Assembly (NCBI RefSeq): GCF_000150275.1
Contig: NW_002060976.1
Coordinates: forward strand, 253,626-317,625
Direction: 5' to 3'
DNA: 64,000 nt
Origin: Trichoplax adhaerens
Taxonomy: Eukaryota; Animalia; Placozoa
Part shown: positions 39,288 to 51,600 of the stretch, piece by piece
Layout: each line of letters starts with the position of its first letter
Position numbering within the stretch: position 1 is the stretch's first letter
Position numbers and translations under genes: made by a program
Notes under the pieces: model-generated
The model's input: the letters and a program-made list of their open reading frames with translations, nothing else
Told to the model about the DNA's origin: nothing
Database searches by the model: none

Positions 39288-42200
39288 ATGATGCTCTCAC
39301 GAAAACGTGAAGACAATATATGTACCCAGATGGATGCAGTAGAAAAGAAAGGCAGCGATGATGGTAATTTATATCATAAGAAGTATTTTAAGCACTAGAG
39401 CAATGCTTGTATCATAATGCAGTTGTTAGAATTCAGTGAGCACATGAAGAATGATGTTACCGTATTTGCTCTTACCTGAGCGAGACTGGATACCGTAATT
39501 TACTAAGAATAGTCACTAGTATAGTATTTTTAAAGTAGACAAATAGCAATGATCTTTAAAATTCGTAGAATAGATTGTAGCTATTTACTTAATTGTCATT
39601 TCTTTTTTAAAACTTGCTAAAGAGCTCCTTCACAACAGTATAGACCAATGTAAGGAATTTGTAGAATACGTATGATTTTTTTTATGATAATACGTGTTTT
39701 GCCATAGATTTAAAGTACATTTTGACATATAAATATTTTGAGCTGCAAAATAGTTTTATTTGAATGTTATTGCTAACTAACACTAAAATTGAATGTTATC
39801 CTCATTTCAGACCATCTTCAAAAGTTTACGATTGCTGACGTTATCGAACACATTGGCTTTGGGCCTTTTCAAATACGGAGTCTTTTCGTTATAGGATTCA
39901 TATGGGTATGTCATAAATGACGATCATAGATGCTATAAAAATATGTAAATTTTAGTGAACCAACCAAACTATTAATTGCTGAGATAACGCACGATTATTT
40001 TAGACTTTTCTAGCCTTCTCTAAGTACAACTGCGCTATATTACCGAACTACATCACCTTTTATATGCTAAGTAGAGCGGCTGATAGTATTAGACCATCCA
40101 ACTATCATTCTATAGTATTTCAAATTAAACTAGCAATCAAACTCACACGATAAAATAAATTTTAGCCTAGACTCCCGAAAACTGCTAAATTAATAGTAAG
40201 TATAGTTTAGCTTTAAACTGTACATTTCTAGAGTATACACTTAGACAAAATAAGAATCCCAGGTTAAATGTTTTGGGTTCATACTTTACGAAATTACTAA
40301 GTAACATTAATTTCTACATTAATTAATGATCAAAATCGGTACACATGAATTCTATTAACTAAATATATCGCTAGAATCACAAAATCATAATATCTAATTC
40401 TTAATAAAAATTATGCTACGGATTATTTCAAATTCTAATCTGGATAAAGCAGTCGGGTTTACACAATACTAAGATACTAAGTAAAATCTTCTATTATAAT
40501 TAACCAAATAAATCATATTTTTTTAAAGCTAGAATACTCATCTTGATATAAAAACTAAGCTAAAGTAACTACAATACAAGAACTTGAAGAAAAATTTTAA
40601 AAGTTAGCCCTCATTACAGATAGGTAGAATTTACTCTTTTCCATTATTACTTTTATGTTGAGACATCTTAGTTAATTGTATACCCGAGTTATATCAAAGT
40701 AATCAAGATAAAACTATTGTGACTTAAAGCTTTGTCAATGAGTATTTGAGTACAATAAGTAAAAATCTGTTGGGCGATTATAATTACTACATCCGCTTTA
40801 TGAATGACATAGTTTTAGTTTGCTTAATTCGGACTTGAGAAAAAATTACCGAATAAATTTTGTTAGATTATGTTAATCCCCTATATTTTATATACAGCGT
40901 GTCATCAATAGCTTCTGCCATCAGCTTAATGTTAAATATTATTATAAAATTTTACTGTTCTAACATTAGCTTTGATAGCTGATTAACGGTGATAATAGAG
41001 GCTAATACTATTAATTGTGTATTTATGGATTCGTTAATAAATTATTGTTTATTATTCAATAAGTTGTAATCTGCATGAACATTTTAAAGAAGTGATATAA
41101 CAAAATTTACGTATCTTTTATTTAGTTAACTAGTATGATTCGATTCTCAATGTTATCCATACTTGGGCCGCTGTTAGCCTGTGACTGGGGAATTACAAAG
41201 TTGGAGGAAGCCTTAATAAACGCTGTATGTAAAATTAGCTAAATTTGACGGGATTAAGACATTATGGTTTAGAGACTTTAGCTATTTACAGTAGTAGCAT
41301 GGAGTAAGGTAAAGCTGGAAAGTCGAATAATTTGTTATATTTACATTAGAGCATAATTGTGTGGTGACTATTATAATAAAAGGTTGTAATCATACCATTA
41401 AGAGGTTATAAAATTTATTCATAACATATTAACTTCCTTTAAAAATAGGAAATTAAAATTTATTAATAAGGTTAGTTTTTGTTGTCACTTTTTTGTATTT
41501 TTTATCGTATTAGTTGTCATTTGCCGGCGATATTTTGGGATCTATTTATTTTGGATGGTTTTGTGATCGTTATGGTCGAAAATTGGTACTACTAGAGCTC
41601 AGATATAGCAAATTTAATAGCTCGTATATTGCAGCGCTAAATTCTCATAACATTATTACATTGTCAGTAGTGGTTGAAATTTTCAGCTACCTTTTTCTTC
41701 CCTACAATTAACATTAATAAAATAGAATTTAATGTTCTTTAATAATCTAGGGCGTTATTTTCGGAATCTTAAGTACTAGCTATATGTCAATGATCTCAGG
41801 CTTATCATCTGGGATTGAAATGATGCTGTTATTGCGATTTGCGTGTGGATTCACAGAGGGTGCCACCATTCAGTGGTGATCTCATGTCTTCCTCAAATTA
41901 ATGTTTTTTAATGTGCTGTAAATTCTGGGGTTGTGAAATTTGAAAGTACCGTATTACCTGATGATAATGCAGAACTTTATTGTATAAAAAAATCCAAGAA
42001 GTGAAATTTTTTAATAAGTAAAGACCTTCTATTAGCAAGAAACGCGCAGTAGCTATTTCAGATAATTTAGTAGCTGTATTGAATTCGGTATTAAAATCAA
42101 CTTATTTTATTTCCCGATTTAGTGTGACAATGGTAATTGAAATAGTTCCAGCCAAAGCTAGAGCTAAAACGATAGCTTCTTTACGAGTAAGTTATGGTAG

Positions 42201-44658
42201 CTTTAAGAATGATGAATTTAATAATGTTAGATATTGCACTGACTTAGGAAATTGTTAACAGTTTGTTTTATTAATAGGCATTCAATTTCATCGGTATAGC
42301 AGTGGAAGGCATAATAGCTTATCTTTTCCTATGCAAGTTTGACTGGCGTATGCTAATTTATGCTACAGCAGTTCTCTATTTAATATCCATGCCTTTAACC
42401 TCGGTAGTAATATAGAAACGTTACGGTCGTTAGCTGTCTAATTATTAAAAGAAAGATAATGAAAGGCCACAAACATTTTTGTTTATGATACAAATTTATT
42501 ACCAAAAATACTAATTTATGTATGCAGACGCTTGTAGAATCTCCACGCTATTTGCTATTACATGGATTCTACAAAGAAGCAAGTAATATCATGAAAAATG
42601 CCGCAAAGCTGAATAATAAACCCGCACCAGAAGGAAAGCTAGTTGCTTCAGTTGAAGTATGAATTGTAATAGCCAAACAGTATATTTGTATGCATAGTGA
42701 AAATAGATTTGGTGATAGGCAGTCTAATAACCTAATATTACCTGTCATCTCTATCTTAAAGATAGAAAAATAAATTATATCTTGATCACGTTTCTTTTAA
42801 TTTTGAAGATTAAATCATGTTTCATAAAACCTTTTAACTTAGATAAGTGGCGGAACTGTTAAGGATCTATTTAAGCCTGCGTATAGAAGAATAACATTAA
42901 TAGTTTGGCTTATAACGTAAATGCAATATTATAAAATCTATAATATACGTAGTAGAATGGCATATTTCCATGTTTATCAAGGCGTTAACTACTAAACACG
43001 TTCCTCAGATTTACCATTACCACAATGTATTTTGGCACCATCTGGATGGTTCCTTTATTAGTAAATGTCGATCGATGCAGTGAGTAATTAAGCAATACGA
43101 TCGAATATTCCATATAAAGATATACCGCACTATTTCCCTTTAGAGATGCTTTAGCTAGAAGAAACTATGCATTCGTCTATCTTTAGTACTGAAAATTAAT
43201 TTTTACTGCAGATAATTTAGCCGACTTTTTAAGACTGAATAGTCCGATTTAGAATACCAGTATCAATAAAATTACTATAAATGAACGTAAGTTTATTTGC
43301 TATACTGCAGGTCTAGCTAAAGGACCCGCGAGGTATGCTTGTCGATGCAAGGAAATAAAAACCGCTAATATCATCGGAATTATTATTGGAGGTCTTGGAG
43401 AGCCAATAGGTATATTTAATGTTATAAATTGATTTTTTCCCTATAATTTAGCGCATAAGTAAAAGTTTCATTTTATAATATTTTAATACGTACAGAGAGT
43501 ATAAATTTTGCGCATTTCTAATATTTTTACCAAAAGTATTCTATATAGAAGTCAAATAGATTGGATATTAATTATATAGTCAATAGAACGGAAAAATTTG
43601 AAGGGTGACTGAATATAATTTTCGTTAAACGTTTCCTTTCAATTGAAAATTTTAGGAGCCTTGATAGCTTTTACTTTGATTGACAGGCTCGGAAGAAAGA
43701 GATCTTTAATCTTGGGATTTTTTGTAACGGGAATCTCTTTCGTTCTACTTATGCTATGTACCAGTAGGCACGTTAATGGATCTTATAGAATCCGTCAAAT
43801 CATTGCTGTAACATACTCTACAATTGTTAAATTTTTCTTGCTTTACTATGATTAGGTTACGTCACTATCATCACAAACTCAAAGTCGCGTGATAATTTCA
43901 ATTTAATATCCTTGGCTTTGTTCTGTTATAGAGGAATTAGATACGCTTTGATCTTGTTAATAAGATCCTGCAATTGCTATTTACTTGATATATCTTACAT
44001 ATATATTTCCGAAGTGAGTGATTTCGAGGAGTTAATTTCAGTAATCATCACTTTTGTGATCACAGGAACTATTAACATTTACTTATTATGAACTTAGATC
44101 TATCCTACCAAATTCCGAGCAACAGGTCTAGGTACCGCTAGAGCATTCGCTGGGTTGGGTAATGTATTATCACCTTTTATTGGCCAAGTAAGTTAGATCA
44201 AATGGTACCAAATTCAGTGTTGAAGAATTTTTCTAACTAAATAGGAGTATAGTTTTTTTAGCTAAATGTAAGTTTGCGGTCAATTACGGATATTGGCCGC
44301 AACAGTAATATGCTATATGAAATTTATGTAATCTGAAACATAAAATAAGATTTGTTCATCATACCAAATAAATTTTAAATGATGGAATCACTTCATATCT
44401 TAGGCACTATTTTTAGCATCTGATATTGCAGCTTTAGCCACTTTTACTGGATTATCACTAGTAGGGCTTGTGTGCAGCTTAACGATTACCGTTGAAACAA
44501 AAGGACGCTTGCTAAAAGTCAGTTAAATTATAAGCGAGTATGGCAGAATTTTATGATTTTATTACTGCGTCAGTTAATAAATTCATAATTTTATGAATAC
44601 TCAAACTATCGATATTTTATACTTTAAACTTCATGATGAAACAAAGGAAACCGATTGA
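39288..44658 (+). CDS. SVOP-like (synaptic vesicle 2-related) MFS transporter, copy A, apparently intact, 16 exons
   Basis: Exons start at ~39288, 39811, 41126, 41514, 41751, 42123, 42278, 42528, 42843, 43009, 43311, 43656, 43932, 44098, 44404 and 44647. Motifs: IEHIGFGPFQ, LSILGPLLACDW, CDRYGRK, EIVPAKARA, ESPRYL, PEGKL, DLFKPAYRR, IDRLGRK, EIYPTKFRATGLG, VETKGRLL. No stop codons in my splice model. Confidence 0.9.
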
Positions 44659-45878
44659 TATTAAGAACAGAAATACTTTTAAGGTATATCTCCGAGTAGA
44701 TCTTTGATACATAAGTGTTATGTTCGTACCAGACATTAGCATACTCATATTTTACTATTAATATAATAGTTTTGCACAACATTTAGGGCCTACTCACGAA
44801 TAATCCAGATTTGTAGCTGATTAATTTAAGAAACTAAATATGCCGTAAAACTAAATGCATTTACACGTCCGATATCATGAAGATAATTTTCGATGTAGCA
44901 TAATGTTATTGATTTTGTTACTTTTATTATATATTTCAATTTCTGAATATTACCGGAACAGTAGTTTATATGTAAATAAGAGCCATCGTTGTTATTCTCC
45001 ATTGAAACAATTTATAGTAAGACTTATTTAAATCTTCAAAAATTTAGAAGTAGTTTATCTTGCCAACAGCGATTAGGTTGATCGACTTAACGAAATGCAG
45101 CGACTTGAAGAATCAACCCGAATTCAATTTTAGATTATTTCGCTAGATCAGCACTTATCCTATTTTCAATAAATTTCGATAATTAGTGCTTAATCGTTTT
45201 ATTTTAGTTTGCATGTACTATGTGAATTTAATGGAATAAAATGTTGCAAATACAACATAATTTGTGTTATCTTACTATTGAAGATCGGTTGCATAGTAGA
45301 TTATGTTTGCATCAACTCCTATAATGTGCTAGTACTGCATTCGCATCGACAAAATGTCCAATTCCATTTCTTGTGAGGTTTTAGCATCAATTTTTGACAA
45401 ACCTGAGAATGTTGTTTCCCTTATATTTAACGTAATAATTTAAGGTTTATGATATTATAAATAACTGTTAAATAGAGTCATATATGAATAATTTGTTTAT
45501 TTATGGATGACTGAATAATATTTCATTAATTTTAAATCTAGTAATCGTCTTAATTGAAGAATAGAAATGAATAAATCAGTGCAATGCACTTATTCTAAAA
45601 TGCGTAGTATTTTAGATTTAGCATGTTACAACACGAATAAATATGAGACAGTAATAGCTAATTACCCAAGACTCATTACCGTAATACTTGTATAAATAAA
45701 TTGAAGTAATTGAAATAGATTACCGAACTTGATAAACTTGTTTGCTACTATCGCAAATTGAAATTTAAAAATAGTATAGAAATTAATAATCTATCAATTT
45801 CCACTTTATAGTATGAACTTAATCATAATGAACCTGACCAAGAAACCTCATCAAAATTTTTTTTCATATCCCAACAGA

Positions 45879-46500
45879 TTAGTCAAATATACCTTAATAT
45901 TACTAACAAGATCAAGTACTTGTTTTTTAACGAATGCCTTTGGGCTATATATTACCGAAGTGTGTAATCAATTTGTTGACACTAATGATATAAAAGGTTT
46001 TTTAAAACTTTATAAATAATCATAACTTGTCTAATTCTAATTTAGATCTACCGAACCAAATTTAGAGCAATTGCTCTTGCAGCTGCTTGATCTATTGGTG
46101 GTCTAGGCATGTTCTATCGTCATTTCTTGCTCAGGTCTAGTCTATGAAAATTGCTTTATTCTATTTTTTCTTTTTGAACGTGAAATGATCAGACAGGATT
46201 ACTGTAAATCGATGTATACAATGCATGACGCCTTTGCGGTCGTTTTCAGGTAATTACTTTCTTTTTAGGTACTATTTACTAATTCAGACATCACGGCGTT
46301 AGCTACTTTTATAGGATTCGGAGTTTTACCAATAGTTTGTAGCATGATGACGTATTGAGACCAAAGGAACCTTACTCAAAGTAAGTCCTATGCAGAGTAG
46401 GAATTTTATTTAGAATTACGTTCAACTATCAAGAAGATGAGCTACTTGTGATACTAATTCGTCCGTAATTTCTTTGAAGGATTTAAAGATACGGACAGAA
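45879..46500 (+). pseudogene. SVOP-like copy B: 3' fragment (exons 13-16 only)
   Basis: Contains LVKYTLILLTRSSTC..ITE, then IYRTKFRAIALAAA* with an in-frame TGA at ~46088, and frameshifts in exons 14 and 15 (ETKGTLLK is out of frame). No upstream exons were seen between 44660 and 45870. Confidence 0.85.
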
Positions 46501-47337
46501 AACGAAAATGGAGATACGAACTATACTGTCTTCTAGGTAATTACTAGTTTTCTGAGTTGCTAACTAGTACATTGAACAGTCCAAATTTGATCGACTGTTC
46601 AACATTCATGTCAATTATATTAGCTCAGTTCTATTTTTCATGACAAACTGGAAAGGAATGCCTACGAGTTTTTGCTGCAGAGTACATAATAAATTAATCC
46701 ATCTAGCTAGAGTGTCAGGTATTGTCATCCCTACTTCAACAAGTTTTTACTTTTAAGTCTTTAGACTATTGAGAGATATGCATTCGTGATGTTCCATTCA
46801 ATGAGAGAATAATAAGGTAGATTTGCTCAATATGATATCTTTGTAAATCTTTACTAATAGTACAAACTGATCATCGGTTATCAAAATTGAAGGAATTAAC
46901 TGCAATAAAGAGTATTAATTGTTAAATTACTTCATTAATAATATATCTTATATATAGATACTGCTATGAAAACCACTGTTTGATTGAACATTTACTTTAT
47001 TTGCAGAATAATTTACTTTGATGTATCAGTACCGTAAAGAAACAAAAATATTCATTAATTATATAGGTAAAATACGAAATCTTACATAATGTTATTTGTC
47101 ACTTATGGGTATGAAAATAATTTAAATAATCCAACCATTCAAGCATGGTTAAATAGCCAAAATGATCATTTTTATCCTGAATCTGTCCATACCTGAACCA
47201 ACAGTAAATCCAGATTGTTATAAAATATAACAAATGCAGTGGTAATAAAGCAGATAATCTACTATGGTTGCCACGACATGATTCATTTTTAAAATTCCTA
47301 CATTGTTATGAACGATTATTAAATGGATAATATTAAT

Positions 47338-47435
47338 NNNNNNNNNNNNNNNNNNNNNNNNNNNNNNNNNNNNNNNNNNNNNNNNNNNNNNNNNNNNNNN
47401 NNNNNNNNNNNNNNNNNNNNNNNNNNNNNNNNNNN
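47338..47435. other. Assembly gap (98 N)
   Basis: Run of N. Confidence 1.
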
Positions 47436-48657
47436 AGCTGCTTTGGCAAAAATATCGAATTCTTAAAGATTATTGGCATGGCAGTCATTTACTAACCTAA
47501 TTTGACGCCTTTCTGTGAACTAATGCTAGCCATAATTTAATTTTTGATGGAATGCTACTAAGAAAGTTTATTAAATTGATTCGAAATCGTTCGTATTTAA
47601 AACCTTTAAAATCGAAATAAATGATAATAAACGTGAATTAATTATTGGATGATTCAATAAACTATCATAACCTTTCTCCAGTAAACACTATATGTAATAA
47701 CGGAGTTCGCAGGCAAATTTTATTTTGTTCTAAAATTAATTAATATTTGCTGATGCTACAGCTGTGGAAAAATCGTTGGTACATTCGAAGATAAACTAAG
47801 TACATTTGAACGTGTAATAAGATAGGGCAAGTGTAAACTATTCTCTAGTATTTAAGACTGTGGTGTCTAGTTGAGTTCTGTATAATACTATAATAAATTT
47901 CAATTAATAAAATCGAATCCTAATAAAGGACTGAAAATGGAGTCCTTTATGGTCTCTAAGCAGTAGAATAGTGTTACTTTACGATAAAAACAGCATTGAA
48001 ATTACTAGAATTGGTTATCTTACATAGTCAAGTCGATACTTCGCCATCATTTCCTTTTCTTTTTTCGTAAGGTTTCTATACAGCAAACGATAGATACATT
48101 ACTATAGAAAATTTTTTATATCGATTTTTGTCATAAAAATGGTACGTCAGGGTTACTGTAAGTCTACTATTGGGACTGCATGCTAAATTGCATGCATTTT
48201 ATCCTTTGCGTAGAAGACTAAAATTTAATTTTATATATTTTCTTCTTCTTATAGAATCTCTTGGCATCCTGATAATACCAATGTCATCCTATTGTAAAAA
48301 ATAATTCATTTATTGAACTAGCCAGGCCACTTGGGATTTAAGAAACTTGCAATTAAGATGATTAATTCTCCAAGGTAGTATTCAATAAAGAATGTTGAAT
48401 AAAACAACAATTAAATCTTGTATTGCTAATATTCCGTACTTTTAGAGCTTGATATAAAGATCATTAAATCAACTAAAACCGTTCACTTCATTAAATCTGA
48501 TTTAAAAGAGTTTTTCTTTTAGGCTACGGAAGAGAGTTGGTAATAAACTTATTCACAACGATCTATCTTGACGCAAACTTTTCTGGATTTAGTATAATCT
48601 AAGGCAGTTTTGAACATCGTATGAAAACTTTTTCTTTTAACTCGATCGTCAAGCATT

Positions 48658-51600
48658 ATGCCCTTCGCTAAAGATGAAGAGAAAATAGTGCTTCGGTGGC
48701 CAAAACAAAATAACGAAGGTAGCTTTATTAATAAGAATTATCGTTCTGTATTGCCAAATATTTGATTAGGACTGAGGCTGAGGTTGAAACAATTTAAAAA
48801 GCGATACTAGTATGATATATTTGACATATATGATGTCGCTAGAACAGATTGAATTAGTAAATTCCTAATTTTGTTTTCTTCTCCTTTGATTTGATTATGT
48901 TAACTAAGAAGGATGTTCTACAGCATTTTAGCAAAACTTTATAGAAAGTCAACTTATACAGATTGACATATTAACACTGTTTAATTATAATACAAGCCAA
49001 CTCATTTAGTTAATAAAATCATGTTTATAACGTATTCGTGCCGATATTGCAAGTTGATGCTATACAGAGTTAGTTTGTTAGCGAATTTTGATAATCACTA
49101 AACGTTTGCAGTTCTATAGTAAATACTTTTACGATGATTTCTCTTCCTTTAGATCAAACTTTTACAATTTCTGAAGCTATAGAATCGATCGGCTTTGGGC
49201 GATTTCAGTGGCGATGTCTTTCAGTTATAGGATTTATATTGGTAAATGTGTATGAATAATTGATTCACTTTGGCATTATTTTCAACTAATTCAGCAAAAC
49301 GGGAAGTAGAATTGATAATGTTGATCGATATGTCTGTTAAAAGAGAGTAGATGTCTAATACATTATCAATGCTATCTTTTAGTTTACATTAATTTATCTA
49401 ATCTGTTTTAATTTAAGCTGTATTCTTACATTTGATAATAAAGTAGTGTCACAAAACAGCTTTGCAACAAGATAACGCAATATACGATCAATAAGTCAAT
49501 TCCTTGAACCACATATCAAGGAACGATATCTGCACTATCACAAACACTTTTGCTCTACTAGCAGACTACACAAAGACTTAAGCGCCTCGTATTTTACGTT
49601 AAACACTAAGTTGGACAATTCTTTATTTCACAATATATATTGCATTTATATACTACTCCTCAATAGTTCATGAGTCATAGTTAATACAATTAACATTGGA
49701 ATCATTTACTGAATTAGATATTAATTTTAGCTACTGCTCTCTTAATGCAGACAACAGTATTTACGAACATAGACATGTAATGACTATTACAGAATAGTCA
49801 GATTACGATATGTCCTATCACGGAACATTTCCATGATAATTTACAGTCTACTATAAGTAAATTACAATCACAATGATTCGAACTGTAAGCAGATGATTTG
49901 CATTCCCTATTATAACTATTAATTTCAGTATGTGTATAAGTGTTACTGTCATAAAAAGTCAGTACTATATTAAAACACAGTATATCCAAATTAGAAGTTA
50001 ACTAAATAAGGATAGTCTAATAGAATTATCCTAACATTGATATTTCTACTGTAATACAGTATATAACACTGTAACAAGTAGTAACCACTGTCATTCCACC
50101 TGTTAACAAGTTTATTCGCTAAAAATCTCGGCCTAAAATATCCTGTTGTCGACGTCAACATCATTAGTAAACAATATGGTCAAATTTATTAACTTTATAG
50201 GTGCTCTTTAACTATTTTGTGCCTTACTAATCCATAACATAAGTATTCTTTCTGTTCTTTAGTCAGTTAGGACGATGCAAATTGCTATGCTTTCTTTACT
50301 TGGACCGTTGTTAATCTGTGAGTGGGGTATCAGTAATATCCAAGCAGGCTTGATAGTTGGAGTATGTATCCATTATTATCGGACTAATATTATATTAATA
50401 AATTATAACTCTATTTTATTCCTCTTAAATTTAATTCTAAGACGCACATGCCTATAACCTTCTTAAAATAAATCGAAATATGTTACCATTGAACAGCTTG
50501 CATATGTAGGCGATATAATAGGGTTTCCATACCTTGGATGGTTTTGCGATCATTACGGTCGAAAACTGGTGGGTATCTTACACTGTAGAAAAGGCTTAGA
50601 TCTAGTTAGGAGGAATTGCTAAATTATCAATTCCCGTATAATTAAGCAGTGTATTTGATCATCAAAGAATCATATTAGTATGCAGTGAATATGCTAATGC
50701 TAAGCATTTACAATTTTTATTTGATAAAAGCAAGGATAGAGCGAAAATAAATGACAATCTTTTACATCAACTAGGGTGTGATTGTAGCAATCCTGTGCAC
50801 TTCGTATTTTTCATCACTCTCTAGTTTATCATCCGATATTACGATGATGCTGTTGTTGCGATTAGTATGTGGAGTTTCTGAAAGTGGAATGCTGCAATGG
50901 TAAGATATTAATTTTAAGCCATGACTCATGTTTGATGTTACATGATCTGTTCTATTTTTAAGAATTAAATTGAATTACGGTTTTAATATCAATAAGTATA
51001 AGAAGCGAGTTTATTATTAGCCTGGAAATGATGCATTTATTAAAGTAAATAGTGGTTTAACTCTATTTAAACCAATTTAAAAATCATCTTATATATAGCA
51101 TAACCATTCTAAGTGAATTAGTACCTGCAACAGCCAGAGCTAGATCCATCGTTTCCTTACGAGTAAGTTTAAATGAAGGATATGAGTAAAATCGTTGCTT
51201 GAACTAATTTCTGCTTGAAAATTATATTTTTCTAACCATTAAATTTATAGGGATTTACATTTATAGGCATTGCATTTGAGGGTATTATAGCTTATATCTG
51301 CCTGAAAATATTCGATTGGCGTATGGTAGTCTATACTGTGTCCGCCCTATACTTACTAGCAATACCTTTCAGCACGGTAACTAACTACATCAATGCAAAC
51401 TATTAAATAAAAATAAATGCTTTTCTATAATCGAAGATCCTATCACATTGCTTAAAATTAATGCTATTAAAATTAAACTTGCAGCTACTAGTAGAATCTC
51501 CACGGTATTTATTATTGCACGGATTTCGAAAAGAAGCTAAAGATATTATAATCAATATCGCTAAGATGAACCGCAAGCCTGCGCCGGAAGGAAATTTAAT

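Noticed and set aside
49798-49989. 63-aa ORF inside the LTR-like element
   Set aside because: There is no recognisable domain, and the second copy has indels and substitutions in this region.
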